Shown: positions 37,941 to 47,977 of the stretch, piece after piece
How the letters are laid out: each line of letters begins with the position of its first letter
Numbering within the stretch: position 1 is the stretch's first letter
From: Pseudomonadota bacterium
Lineage (GTDB): Bacteria > Bdellovibrionota > Bdellovibrionia > Bdellovibrionales > Bdellovibrionaceae
NCBI GenBank assembly: GCA_041178425.1
Contig: JBEGVH010000013.1
Span: forward strand, 10,556 to 74,555
Length of the DNA stretch: 64,000 nt
Direction: 5' to 3'
Made by a program: the position numbers and the translations under genes
The notes under the pieces: model-generated
Databases searched by the model: none
What the model was told of the DNA's origin: nothing
What the model saw: only the letters and a program-made list of their open reading frames with translations

Positions 37941-38963
37941 ATGGTTAAAAAGGTAGCAGCCGAAGAGATTAAAGTAAAACTTCTAGAGCGAATACCACTG
38001 CTCGCGGGTAAGAAGATTCTAATCATTGGTGACGTTGGGGTTGATGAATACATTTTAGGCCAGGTGCGGCGTATTTCGCCTGAGGCACCTGTTCCAGTTC
38101 TTGAAGTTGAAGAAGAAGATTTTCGTTTGGGGTTATCAGCCAATGTGGCCCAAAATGTAATAGGGTTGGGTGGTGTTCCCTATCTCGTCTCCGTTATTGG
38201 TCGTGACCTCGGCGGAAATACTCTCAAAAAACTTCTGAGAGATAATGATGTTAGTGTTGATCACCTGATTGTAGATGATAGTCGGCCAACCACTCGAAAG
38301 ACCCGTATAATGGCCAAGCATCATCATTTGGTGAGAGTTGATCATGAAGTACGGCAGTTTATTGAAGATAAGATTCGAATAGACCTTATTTCGGAAGTCG
38401 AGAGATTAACTTCAATCGTAGACATCGTGATTATTCAAGATTATGCAAAAGGCATTGTAGATTCTAAATTAGTTAATCAGGTCGTTGAAATATCTCATCG
38501 GCACAAAAAATTGGTGTTGTTGGATCCCCACAGAAACCAACCACTTTCTGTATACCAAGGGGTCGATCTATTTAAACCAAATTTTGAAGAAGCACTTGCC
38601 CTCGCTGGAACCAGTTTTGAGGATTTTAAAATTCACCGAAAAAGCTTAGCTGACGTTGGAGAGAACCTACGTTTGCATTTAGGGGCCAAGTGGGTTGTTC
38701 TAACTCAGGGAAAAGAGGGGATGACGATTTTTGATGGCAAAGAAATTCATCAAGTCCCAACCTTTGCTCGTCAAGTGTTTGATGTGACGGGCGCCGGGGA
38801 TACGGTTATTGCAACTTTGGCGATGGCTATGGCGGCAGGGTTTAGCATCGATGAATCATGTGTTTTAGCCAATTTCGCTGCGGGCGTGGTTGTTGGTAAA
38901 GTTGGATGTGTTCCCTGTCCTCGAAAAGAGTTGGTGGAGTATATCGAAAGCCATGGAATGTGA
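37941..38963 (+). CDS. rfaE1: D-glycero-beta-D-manno-heptose-7-phosphate kinase (RfaE domain I/HldA)
   Basis: RISPEAPVPV, TTRKTRI, QDYAKG, VFDVTGAGDTV. Confidence 0.92.
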   Translation: MVKKVAAEEIKVKLLERIPLLAGKKILIIGDVGVDEYILGQVRRISPEAPVPVLEVEEEDFRLGLSANVAQNVIGLGGVPYLVSVIGRDLGGNTLKKLLRDNDVSVDHLIVDDSRPTTRKTRIMAKHHHLVRVDHEVRQFIEDKIRIDLISEVERLTSIVDIVIIQDYAKGIVDSKLVNQVVEISHRHKKLVLLDPHRNQPLSVYQGVDLFKPNFEEALALAGTSFEDFKIHRKSLADVGENLRLHLGAKWVVLTQGKEGMTIFDGKEIHQVPTFARQVFDVTGAGDTVIATLAMAMAAGFSIDESCVLANFAAGVVVGKVGCVPCPRKELVEYIESHGM

Positions 38964-39047
38964 TTGTTTATAGAAATAAATGAAATTAATTGAGTGGCGT
39001 AAAATGGCACTTTTGTTTGGGGTCATTGGATTTTTTTTGATTCCATT

Positions 39048-39060
39048 TAAGTAATTGATT
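39048..39060. promoter_or_regulatory. IHF-consensus site upstream of rlmN
   Basis: TAAGTAATTGATT is the reverse complement of WATCAANNNNTTR, in an AT-rich intergenic region. Confidence 0.4.
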
Positions 39061-39214
39061 TTAATGATATTTATCGAATTCATTGGCTCGATTAAGGTGA
39101 GTCCTTGAATTTGCTTTTTTCAACATTCCTCGATTGAAGAAAAGATCAATTTTTGATAGAGTCTGCGCTTCTTAAAGGCCATTACAGCCCTTTCTTGCGG
39201 GTATTGGAGAAGCC

Positions 39215-40303
39215 ATGACAAAGCAGTCGTTTTTTGATCTTAATCTCTCAGATCTCGAAAAGTTCCTTAAGGGGTTGGGTAAGGAACAGTTTCGCGCACA
39301 GCAACTTTTTAAATGGGTTTATGAGAGAAGAATTTTCACTTTTGCAGAGATGACCAATTTATCAAAAAGTTTTCGAGAAGAATTGCCTGAAGTCCTGGAT
39401 CTATCTCTTCCTCGTGTTGTCAGTCATCTCAAAAGCGCAATTGATGGAACCCAGAAATTTTTGTTTGATGTTGGTGATGGGGATACCGTCGAGTCTGTTT
39501 TGATCCCTTCGGACGACCGATTGACCCTCTGTGTATCTAGTGAAGTAGGTTGTAATATGGCCTGCAAGTTTTGTTTTACGGCCAAACAAAAATTAAAAAA
39601 GCGATTAACGGCTGCGCAGATTGTAGGGCAATTTGTTCAAGTTTTGTTAACACTCCCAGAAGGACAGAGAATCAGTAATATTGTTTTTATGGGAATGGGT
39701 GAACCACTGGATAATCCCGAGGCTGTTTTTAAGGCTATCGAAATTCTTCATAGCGAGTGGGGACTAAACGTGTCCAGACGCAAGATCACAGTTTCAACCT
39801 CCGGTTTGGTCCCAGAGATGTGGAGGGTCGCAGACGCTAAGGTGCGATTGGCAGTAAGCTTAAATGGGTCATCAGATGAAATTCGCTCCCAAGTAATGCC
39901 AATCAATCGCAAGTATCCCATGGCAGAACTTCTTGAGGCATGCAGGGAACATGCGCGAAAAACTAAGGACAAGATCACGTTTGAGTACGTGTTACTTAAA
40001 GGTGTAACAGACTCGCTGGAGGATGCGCGCCGGCTCTATAAATTAACTAAAAGTATTCCTTGTAAGATAAATATCATTCCGTTCAATGAACATCCACAGT
40101 CTGGTTATTTGCGCCCTAGTGATGAGACTATTAAAGCTTTCCAAGATGAGCTTATCCGGCTTGGCGCTCACGTTCTCTTGAGAAAAACGATGGGTCGCGA
40201 TATTTTTGCGGCTTGTGGTCAGCTTAACGCTACCTTTAAAAATCATCCAGGGCGTCTTAATGTCAAAAAACAGATTGAAATTGATCAATTATCAGCTCAT
40301 TGA
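39215..40303 (+). CDS. rlmN: 23S rRNA/tRNA adenine C2-methyltransferase RlmN
   Basis: CNMACKFC radical-SAM motif, MGMGEP, FEYVLL, AACGQL. Confidence 0.95.
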   Translation: MTKQSFFDLNLSDLEKFLKGLGKEQFRAQQLFKWVYERRIFTFAEMTNLSKSFREELPEVLDLSLPRVVSHLKSAIDGTQKFLFDVGDGDTVESVLIPSDDRLTLCVSSEVGCNMACKFCFTAKQKLKKRLTAAQIVGQFVQVLLTLPEGQRISNIVFMGMGEPLDNPEAVFKAIEILHSEWGLNVSRRKITVSTSGLVPEMWRVADAKVRLAVSLNGSSDEIRSQVMPINRKYPMAELLEACREHARKTKDKITFEYVLLKGVTDSLEDARRLYKLTKSIPCKINIIPFNEHPQSGYLRPSDETIKAFQDELIRLGAHVLLRKTMGRDIFAACGQLNATFKNHPGRLNVKKQIEIDQLSAH

Positions 40304-40345
40304 ATTCAAGGATTGTAATGCAAATATTTTTGGAAGGGGAAAGTT

Positions 40346-41257
40346 ATGAAAAATATCCTAGTCGTTGGTAGTTTGGCCTACGATAGTATCGAGACTCCAC
40401 GGGGAAAAGTCGAAAAAACATTAGGTGGATCGGCCAATTATTTCGCAGTTGCTGCTTCAATGTACTCACCAGTGAGAGTGGTGGGAGTCGTCGGAGAAGA
40501 TTATGCCGATTCTGATTTGGCTCTTCTCAGGGACCGCAACGTGGATACCACTGGAATGGTTAAGACCGCTGGTAAAACCTTTCATTGGGAAGGTGCCTAT
40601 GAAGGTGATATGAATGAGGCCAAAACACTAAAGACAGAATTAAATGTTTTCGAGCACTTCAATCCAAAATTACCTGAATCCTATCGCTCCAGTGAATTTG
40701 TTTTTTTGGCTAACATTCATCCGGCGCTTCAAGCTCAAGTTCTGGAGCAAGTTCAAAATCCGCTTTTCGTAGGCTCTGACACCATGAATTTGTGGATCAA
40801 TCATTTTCGTGAAGATCTTTTGAGAGTCTTGAAGCGGGTTAATACGCTGCTAATCAATGAAGGCGAGGCTAAGCTATTAACTGGTGCCGCAAATGCGATC
40901 GCCGCGGCCTCAATGATTCTACAATTGGGGCCCAAAAATGTGGTTATTAAAAGAGGCGAGTACGGCTTTTTGATGTTTGGTCCAGAGGGATACTTTATGC
41001 TTCCGGCTGTGCCAGTAAGTGATGTCGTCGATCCAACTGGTGCTGGAGATACCTTTGCTGGTGGTTTTTACGGATACCTAGCAAAACATGCAACGGGGCC
41101 GATTGATACTAAGACGCTCAAGGCGGCATGTATTCATGGTTCTGTAATGGCAAGCTTTACAGTACAAGGCTTTGGTCTTGCTGCCTTGGCAAAAGTAACT
41201 CAACAAGATATTCAAACAAGATTAAATCTCTTCGAACAAGCCACGCGTCATCCTTAA
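40346..41257 (+). CDS. PfkB-family carbohydrate/nucleoside kinase
   Basis: LGGSA, NEGEA, VDPTGAGDTFAGG. Confidence 0.9.
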   Translation: MKNILVVGSLAYDSIETPRGKVEKTLGGSANYFAVAASMYSPVRVVGVVGEDYADSDLALLRDRNVDTTGMVKTAGKTFHWEGAYEGDMNEAKTLKTELNVFEHFNPKLPESYRSSEFVFLANIHPALQAQVLEQVQNPLFVGSDTMNLWINHFREDLLRVLKRVNTLLINEGEAKLLTGAANAIAAASMILQLGPKNVVIKRGEYGFLMFGPEGYFMLPAVPVSDVVDPTGAGDTFAGGFYGYLAKHATGPIDTKTLKAACIHGSVMASFTVQGFGLAALAKVTQQDIQTRLNLFEQATRHP

Positions 41258-41273
41258 TCTCATTTTCCGGAGG

Positions 41274-41307
41274 CCCTGTATCGAAATAAGACAGGGTTTC
41301 ACTTTTT
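41274..41307 (+). terminator. Probable intrinsic terminator
   Basis: CCCTGT..ACAGGG stem followed by TTTCACTTTTT. Confidence 0.5.
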
Positions 41308-41355
41308 CGAATTCTTGATTTGTACCATTATTCTACTCCTTCCTGGTCTGGTGTC

Positions 41356-41383
41356 TCAAGTTTGAATGAGAAAGAGCCGATAG
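41356..41383 (+). promoter_or_regulatory. Sigma28 (FliA)-type promoter
   Basis: TCAAGTTT-N12-GCCGATAG, 12 nt before ATG 41396. Confidence 0.6.
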
Positions 41384-41395
41384 TAATCAGGAACA

Positions 41396-42268
41396 ATGAA
41401 TACAAAAAAGCGTAATAACCCATTTCAAAAAAGTGTGGAGGAATCCATCTTAGAAGCCGTTACGAGGCTTCAAAAAGATGAAGATTCCTCCGATCCTTTT
41501 GCGGGTGCGAAGCCTATTGAGGGGTTCAAAGTCGACCCCCCACCATCAGTTCCCTTCGGAGCCCCGGAATTTAGATCAGATCAAATTGAAGATTCTCCCC
41601 TCGAGGCCTTTGAGATTAAACAAAGATCTCAGCCTATTAGTAAGGGGTCAGGTTCAGAGGATTATCAAGCCGTTCAGTTAAAGCTCCTGGAGTCGGATCA
41701 TCTCAAAATTGCGCAGCAGAGGATCGAAGATTTAGAACGTGAAATTGAGAGACTGAGGCTCGAAAATGAAAAATTGGGCTCCGCGACTGATCTTTTCCAA
41801 AAGCGTGGAGAAGAAAGTCTCGCGGCTAAACAGGAAGTCGAAAAAAAACTCTCCTTTTTGGAGGAGCGATTTGCAGAAGAGCGGCTATCATTCAAGGGGC
41901 ATATCGAAAAGCGAGATCTTCAAATCCAAGAATTAAAAGAAAAATTAGAAGAATTAGAAAATCGACTCTCCGTAGATGTTCGAAAGTCTAGAAGTCGAGA
42001 GAGAGAACTAGAAAATCGCCTAGAACTGGCCCGAATGGAGAAAATATCCTTGGTAGGGTCGAAAGACGAGATTATCTTGGATTTGAAACGGCAAGTAGAT
42101 CAGTTGAACCACGAAATTGGAAATTATCGAAGGAAGACCGCAGAGATGAATCAGTCCATCGAAGCCAATCAAGAGCAATTTCGTCGCACTGTCAGGGCTT
42201 TACGCCTTGCCTTGACAAATCTTGAGGTCAACGAGCAGATTGGGAGCCGTTCAAAAAAGGCGGAGTAA
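41396..42268 (+). CDS. Coiled-coil protein with disordered N-terminus
   Basis: About 200 aa of E/K/R/L heptad-rich sequence. Confidence 0.8.
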   Translation: MNTKKRNNPFQKSVEESILEAVTRLQKDEDSSDPFAGAKPIEGFKVDPPPSVPFGAPEFRSDQIEDSPLEAFEIKQRSQPISKGSGSEDYQAVQLKLLESDHLKIAQQRIEDLEREIERLRLENEKLGSATDLFQKRGEESLAAKQEVEKKLSFLEERFAEERLSFKGHIEKRDLQIQELKEKLEELENRLSVDVRKSRSRERELENRLELARMEKISLVGSKDEIILDLKRQVDQLNHEIGNYRRKTAEMNQSIEANQEQFRRTVRALRLALTNLEVNEQIGSRSKKAE

Positions 42269-42271
42269 TCC

Positions 42272-43411
42272 TTGGATACGGTAATTGAAAACCAAAATAA
42301 TGAGTCTATCGCAAACGTATCACAGAAGCCTGTGAAAAAAATCAAGTTGGTCATTAGTGATTTACATTTGGGCAAAGGAAAGTTTTTGCCGGATGGCGGA
42401 ATTAATGCTCTTGAAGAGTTTCAATATGGAGATAAACTTGTTGAGTTTATAAATTACTATTCCTCCGGTCAATTTAAAGACTTTGATGTTGAGATTATCA
42501 TTAATGGCGACTTTCTTAACTTTTTACAGGTTGATTTTCGAGGTCATTTTTTAAAAGTCATTACTGAAGAAATTGCGGTGGAGATACTCAAGTCTATCGT
42601 AAAAGGTCATCCCAATGTTTTTAAAGCAATGCGTGATTTTGCGGGTAACCCAAGGCACACAATTACTTATGTTACAGGAAATCATGACCAAGCTATGTTG
42701 TGGCCGGGCACTCGTGCTTATCTGGATGAAGTGGTGGGTGTTCCGATTCGCTATAAGAACATTGTTTACTTTTTTGATGGAGTGCACATTGAACATGGGC
42801 ACATGCATGAACCCGCTAATCGTTTAGATCCCAAAAGATTTTTTCTTAAAAAAGATTTACCGGAACCTATTCTCAATTTACCTTTTGGGTCGCATTTTTT
42901 TATCGATTTCGTGTTAAAGGTTAAAGATAAATTCCCCTATGTGGATAAGATTCGTCCATTTCCAAAGATGATTAGGTGGATGCTAATTAATGAGACTCGT
43001 TTTGGATTATTGACCTTATGGCGTCTTTTTAGTTATTTCACTCGAGAAATTTTCACTAAAACATCGCGCCAAAGGTGGTCTATTAAGACCCTGATTAAAG
43101 TGGTTTTGGAAAATGCAGTTTTTGGCAGCCTCGAGGATTCAGCCAAAAAGATTTTGGATGATTCTAGAGTTCATACGACGATCTTTGGGCACACCCATGT
43201 TTACTGGTATAAGCAGTGGTCTAGTGAACAAGAATATTTTAATACAGGTACCTGGACTGAAGTCACGTCACTCGACATTGAGTCGCTTGGTAAGATCACA
43301 AAACTCACTTATGTCCTTCTTGAATATCCAGAAGATGGCGGACGGCCCCACGGACGTCTGAAAGAATGGAAAGGGTATTACAGAATTGAAGAAGATGTGG
43401 GCATATCATAA
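42272..43411 (+). CDS. Calcineurin-like metallophosphoesterase
   Basis: SDLH, NGDF, GNHD, EHGH, GHTH, NTGTW motifs. Confidence 0.88.
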   Translation: MDTVIENQNNESIANVSQKPVKKIKLVISDLHLGKGKFLPDGGINALEEFQYGDKLVEFINYYSSGQFKDFDVEIIINGDFLNFLQVDFRGHFLKVITEEIAVEILKSIVKGHPNVFKAMRDFAGNPRHTITYVTGNHDQAMLWPGTRAYLDEVVGVPIRYKNIVYFFDGVHIEHGHMHEPANRLDPKRFFLKKDLPEPILNLPFGSHFFIDFVLKVKDKFPYVDKIRPFPKMIRWMLINETRFGLLTLWRLFSYFTREIFTKTSRQRWSIKTLIKVVLENAVFGSLEDSAKKILDDSRVHTTIFGHTHVYWYKQWSSEQEYFNTGTWTEVTSLDIESLGKITKLTYVLLEYPEDGGRPHGRLKEWKGYYRIEEDVGIS

Positions 43412-43505
43412 ACAAAATTTGATTACATATGGGCGCAATTGGACTTAGGACAATTGTTAACTGTTGGATATTGTTTTATCTTTCCTAAGTAGGTAATCTA
43501 AAAGC

Positions 43506-44453
43506 ATGAGTCAAACCAATTCTAATGGATCCGGAAATAGTGGCGACAATGAGACAGAGAAAACGGTTTTTTCTCAGGACACATTTCATGGAAAAATGCA
43601 AAGTGCGGAAAAAACCCCGCCAACGATTGTTATTTTAATTGGCCCCCCCGGATATACTGGTAAACAGTGGTCTCTGGTTAAGTCTGAGACAATCGCAGGC
43701 CGTTCAATTGAATGTTCGGTCTTTATCGACGATAGAAGTTTAAGTCGTCAGCATTGTCGCTTTATGTTGATGGGGAATGACGTTTCGGTGGTTGATATGG
43801 GTTCAACCAATAAAACAGCCGTAAACGGGATTCTATTGCAGCCCCTTGTCCCGCATCGACTCAAAAATAATGATCAAGTAAAAACCGGAAATGTTGTTTT
43901 TAAATTTCTCGAAAGAGGTAGTCTTGAGGCGCTCTCCACTCAGGAGTTTCAAGAACGTGTCACTAAGGATGTTCTAACAGGTGCCTATACAAAATCAGAG
44001 TTACTGCAGCGAGCTCCAGAGTTGATGAAGAGATCGGAGACTCTTGGCGATCCACTTTCTATGGTAGTATTCGACATAGACTTTTTTAAAAAGGTCAACG
44101 ATACCTATGGGCATCCAGGCGGAGATTATGTTTTGCGAGAGCTAGGCAGAGTTGTGGGAACGAAGCTTGTGAGGTCACAAGACTATTTTGCAAGATTTGG
44201 CGGGGAAGAGTTTATCATCCTTCTCTTAGGAAGTAATTCTCGTCAGGCCTGGGATGTTGCAGAGCGAATTCGTCAAACAGTACAGGGCCACAGTTTTGTC
44301 TACGAAGGCAAGCACATACCGGTGACAGTGTCCCTTGGTGTGGCGGAGCGGTTGCCTTCCGAAAAAAACTGGGAACAATTATTTGATCGCGCAGACAAAG
44401 CTCTTTATCAATCTAAGAAAACTGGTCGTAATAAAGTGACAGTAGCAAATTGA
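43506..44453 (+). CDS. dgcB: FHA-GGDEF diguanylate cyclase (Bdellovibrio DgcB-like)
   Basis: Disordered N-terminal tail with EKT, FHA motifs GR / SRQH / STN, DIDFFKKVNDTYGH, I-site RSQD, GGEEF. Confidence 0.85.
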   Translation: MSQTNSNGSGNSGDNETEKTVFSQDTFHGKMQSAEKTPPTIVILIGPPGYTGKQWSLVKSETIAGRSIECSVFIDDRSLSRQHCRFMLMGNDVSVVDMGSTNKTAVNGILLQPLVPHRLKNNDQVKTGNVVFKFLERGSLEALSTQEFQERVTKDVLTGAYTKSELLQRAPELMKRSETLGDPLSMVVFDIDFFKKVNDTYGHPGGDYVLRELGRVVGTKLVRSQDYFARFGGEEFIILLLGSNSRQAWDVAERIRQTVQGHSFVYEGKHIPVTVSLGVAERLPSEKNWEQLFDRADKALYQSKKTGRNKVTVAN

Positions 44454-44467
44454 CGCTTATTCAAGTT

Positions 44468-44498
44468 AAAAAGGAGCCCCAGCGGGCTCCTTTTTTTT
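44468..44498. terminator. Bidirectional intrinsic terminator
   Basis: AAAAAGGAGCCC-CAGC-GGGCTCCTTTTTTTT between convergent genes. Confidence 0.9.
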
Positions 44499-44513
44499 AG
44501 CAAAGACGAACGA

Positions 44514-45374
44514 TTATCGTATTGGAATCTTAAGATAGCGAGCCCCATTTTTTTCTTCATCTGGGAGGCTGCCTGCATTGATATTTACTTGCACCGACTG
44601 AAGAAGTAAGCGTGGCGCGGCCAGGTTTTTATCGCGTTGGTTTCTCGCGGTAACATACTCTTCTTTCGAGGTACTTTCTTTCAATTGAATATTATTTTTC
44701 TTTTCAGCGCCAATCGTTGACTGACATTCAACCTGAGTTCTGCCCTGAGGATAATCATGACCTACAAACACTCGAGTGTTATCTGGTAGTTCGTAAAGTC
44801 GTCCGTGAATAGAGTCATAGAGATCTTTAGCGCTTCCGGCTGGAAAATCGCAGCGACCCGTTCCTACATCAGGCATGAATAAAGCATCGCCGGTAAAAAG
44901 AGCATCTTTGATGAGGTAACTTGCACATGCAGGAGTGTGCCCTGGGGTGAAAATAGTTTTCACATTAATTGTTCCTGCCTTTATGTTGGCTCCATCCTCC
45001 AGGAGTTGATCGAATTGACTGCCATCAATTTTAAAATCTTCATGCAAATTGAAAATCCCTTTAAATAACTTTTGAACATCTCGAATTCTTGAACCTATGG
45101 CTACTTTCGCTTGAGGGTAACGCTTTTTAAGAGCTTGTGACCCGGAAAGGTGGTCGGCGTGAGCATGAGTTTCTAAAATGAAATGGACCTTTAAATGGTG
45201 GGAATCAATAAATTGACTGACCAACTCCACCGATTGGAAGGAGACTTTCGATGCTGCGGAGTCGTAATCCATCACAGGATCAATAACGAGAGCATCTCTA
45301 GTGTCTCCATCATAAACAACGTAGGTGATGGTGAAAGTTGCCGGATCGAAAAAGTCTTTAATCTGCAAGTTCAT
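44514..45374 (-). CDS. Persulfide dioxygenase (ETHE1/Blh-like MBL fold)
   Basis: ETHAHADHLSG, TPGHTPAC, GDALFMPD.GTGRCDFP, VGHDY, YLKIP. Confidence 0.9.
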   Translation of the reverse strand: MNLQIKDFFDPATFTITYVVYDGDTRDALVIDPVMDYDSAASKVSFQSVELVSQFIDSHHLKVHFILETHAHADHLSGSQALKKRYPQAKVAIGSRIRDVQKLFKGIFNLHEDFKIDGSQFDQLLEDGANIKAGTINVKTIFTPGHTPACASYLIKDALFTGDALFMPDVGTGRCDFPAGSAKDLYDSIHGRLYELPDNTRVFVGHDYPQGRTQVECQSTIGAEKKNNIQLKESTSKEEYVTARNQRDKNLAAPRLLLQSVQVNINAGSLPDEEKNGARYLKIPIR

Positions 45375-45458
45375 AACAGCTCCTTATGATATACAGACTA
45401 AACAATTTAATCTGGTCAAACTATGCTCCAAGACATAAAAGTTTGAAAACAAAGAACT

Positions 45459-46718
45459 CTAGAGGCGACCTTTCAGCATCCCCCACCAGTACATGATAGG
45501 AAGTAAGTACCTTTTTAAAACCCAAAAACTAAAGCGCTCTTTGGTTGCGTCTATGGGAAAACTAGGAAGTAATTTTCCATCGTAGCCAAATTCAGCAAGA
45601 ATAACGGTGCTACGACTTGTCACGAGAGGGCAAGAAGAGTAGCCATCGTACTTCCGTTGTGGCCGTCGTCCGTTTATTACATCGGTTAAATTTTCGATGA
45701 GCAGAGGCGCTTGCTTTCTGATGGCGGCTCCCGTTTTGGCATTAGGAATACCTGTGACATCGCCTATTCCAAATACGTTTGGGTAGTTAGGAGATTGCAG
45801 GGTGTACTGATCAACCTGTAACCATCCTTTTTGAGGTCCTTCAGCCCACGCGAGAGGGCTGTTTGAAACAAAATCAGGAGCACTATTTGGTGGAACTACA
45901 TGAAGTAAATCGTACTTAATTTCGGTGCGTTCTCCGAGATGCGGATCCACAGGCTGAGGAGTAGGGGCGCAACCGGGAGCGACTGGTGCTGGAGGTGGAG
46001 CGACTTTTTCAAAAATAGCTATCTTCTCAGTGGCCCTGACCTCTACAAGCTTTTGTAAGAAGTGGGTTTTTATATGTCGTTGCTCAACCACTTTATCAAG
46101 GCTTTTTGCAAAAGCAGGTATTCCAAAAATCGTCGGCCCATTAGCGTAATAGTGGACTTCGCACTTATCCCTAATACCCTCGAGCCTAAAGATTTCTTCG
46201 GTGAGGTACATAATCTTTTGTGGTGCGCCAGCACATTTGATCGGCATAGGAGGTATTGTAAACAGAGCCGCGCCCCCGTTGAACGAATGGATTTGCTGAA
46301 AAGTTTTCTCTGCTTGTTCATAATCATAAATTGAGCAAAGGCCATTTTTTCCAAGGTTTCCAACAACGCCTTTAATTTTTTCGAAATCAACTTTTAGGCC
46401 AGGAGAGAGAATTAGATAGTCATAGCTAATAATTTGATTATTTGAAATCTTCACGCCATTTTGATCAGGTAAAAGTTCGATGACTCTATCCTTCAGCAAG
46501 GTGACTCCGCTGGGGATAACGTCGACCATTGGTTTTTTAGTGGTCTCTTTGGGAACAAGTCCTGCTCCAACAAGGGTCCACAATGGTTGATAAAAGTGAA
46601 AGTCAGCGGGTTCAATCAAGGCTACTCGGTCGTTAGGAAACCGTTTGCGTAGGCGAGCCGCAACACTAATTCCCCCTGTGCCTCCGCCAACAATTAAAAA
46701 CCTGTAACGATCTGACAT
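45459..46718 (-). CDS. sqr: Sulfide:quinone oxidoreductase (type II-like)
   Basis: GGGTGG, YQPLWTLVG, IKCAGAPQK, AKTGAAIRKQ, YDGYSSCPLVT, LAEFGY. Confidence 0.88.
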   Translation of the reverse strand: MSDRYRFLIVGGGTGGISVAARLRKRFPNDRVALIEPADFHFYQPLWTLVGAGLVPKETTKKPMVDVIPSGVTLLKDRVIELLPDQNGVKISNNQIISYDYLILSPGLKVDFEKIKGVVGNLGKNGLCSIYDYEQAEKTFQQIHSFNGGAALFTIPPMPIKCAGAPQKIMYLTEEIFRLEGIRDKCEVHYYANGPTIFGIPAFAKSLDKVVEQRHIKTHFLQKLVEVRATEKIAIFEKVAPPPAPVAPGCAPTPQPVDPHLGERTEIKYDLLHVVPPNSAPDFVSNSPLAWAEGPQKGWLQVDQYTLQSPNYPNVFGIGDVTGIPNAKTGAAIRKQAPLLIENLTDVINGRRPQRKYDGYSSCPLVTSRSTVILAEFGYDGKLLPSFPIDATKERFSFWVLKRYLLPIMYWWGMLKGRL

Positions 46719-46744
46719 GCAAACACTCCTTGTTTAGCCTGAGA

Positions 46745-47182
46745 CTACTTTGTAAATGGTAACCTATTTTGAACCTTTCTGTACAGAGCCATTCCCACCA
46801 GCATGGCACCAAGAAAAATAAAAGGATTTAAAGAAAAGTTTGCTACTGAGGTTAAGGCTGGTCCCGGGCAATATCCTCCCAGACCCCATCCTATCCCAAA
46901 AATAGACGCTCCGATGATGAGAGAAGAGGTGATGTCACTTCGATTGGGAACTTGAAAAGAATCTGTAAAAAGGGGAGCACTAAACTTTGGTTTGATGAAA
47001 AAATAATAACTCGAATGAACGGCGATTGCCCCTATCATAACGAGGATGAGGCTCGGATCCCAGTTGTAAAACAAATTGAGAAATCCAATCACTTTTTGAG
47101 GTTGAAGCATACCTGAAATGCTAAGACCAACAGAGAAAAGTAATCCGACAAAATAGGATACGATAATATTTTTTATCTTCAT
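46745..47182 (-). CDS. YeeE/YedE family sulfur-transport membrane protein
   Basis: SGMLQPQKVIGFL, WDPSL, FGIGWGLGGYCPGP. Confidence 0.9.
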   Translation of the reverse strand: MKIKNIIVSYFVGLLFSVGLSISGMLQPQKVIGFLNLFYNWDPSLILVMIGAIAVHSSYYFFIKPKFSAPLFTDSFQVPNRSDITSSLIIGASIFGIGWGLGGYCPGPALTSVANFSLNPFIFLGAMLVGMALYRKVQNRLPFTK

Positions 47183-47195
47183 GTCTTTCCTAACT

Positions 47196-47624
47196 TTACC
47201 TTGTTAACCATTGTTTTAATGTGACGGTGAAAACTCCTGCACTAATAAACACAATGGTGGCTACAATAGAGCGTTTTGATAGTCGGCTAATTCCACAGAC
47301 TCCATGACCACTCGTGCAGCCGTTACCCATGATGGTGCCAAACCCAACTAGCAAGCCTGCAACTGCAATAATCAAGGTGCTATTGCCCGATTTATCGTTA
47401 AAGCTTTCTGGATTTGCAATTTTCATCAAAAGTCCACCCGTGAGGAGTCCAAAGATAAAGAAAATTCTCCATGCCCAGTCTCCAGGGACTATTTTGAAGG
47501 CTCCGTTAATAATACCACTGATGCCTGCAATTCTGCCGTTAAAGTGCATCATAATTACCGTTGCAAGTCCTATGATTACACCACCAATAAGAGCATTAAC
47601 TAATTCGTTATTCATGGCGATCAT
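47196..47624 (-). CDS. YeeE/YedE family sulfur-transport membrane protein
   Basis: GRIAGISG, GNGCTSGHGVCGISRLSKRS. Confidence 0.9.
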   Translation of the reverse strand: MIAMNNELVNALIGGVIIGLATVIMMHFNGRIAGISGIINGAFKIVPGDWAWRIFFIFGLLTGGLLMKIANPESFNDKSGNSTLIIAVAGLLVGFGTIMGNGCTSGHGVCGISRLSKRSIVATIVFISAGVFTVTLKQWLTR

Positions 47625-47977
47625 CTCGAAACCGGCAAACTGAAATCATTCCAGCGAATCATGCCTCCGGTCATATTAAAGGCACTTTTGAAGCCTAATT
47701 CTCTTGCCACAATAGTGGCATTTCCCGAGCGGGCCCCACTTCTGCAGATAAAAATGATTGTTTCATTTTTATCTGAATGAGTATTTAAAAACTCTTCAAG
47801 ATCTGGCCCGAGTGTTATAAGTCGCGCGCCTTCGATGTGACCAAGCTCGCCATTAAATTCATCGGGTCTACGAACATCAATGAGCTTAAGATTCGTGGCA
47901 TGTTTTTGAACTTCGGCCACGTCAATTTCAGGAATGCCATTGCGTACAAATGTGTTTAGGGAAAGTCCTGTAGTCAT
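47621..47977 (-). CDS. Rhodanese-domain sulfurtransferase
   Basis: IDVR..EF..GHIEGA, CRSGARS, GGMIRW. Confidence 0.9.
   Translation of the reverse strand: MTTGLSLNTFVRNGIPEIDVAEVQKHATNLKLIDVRRPDEFNGELGHIEGARLITLGPDLEEFLNTHSDKNETIIFICRSGARSGNATIVARELGFKSAFNMTGGMIRWNDFSLPVSR

Noticed and set aside
46721..46735. AAACA-AGGAG-TGTTT hairpin over the sqr SD (minus strand)
   Set aside because: Pentaloop with an AU-rich stem and a single occurrence; weaker than the hook-gene sites.
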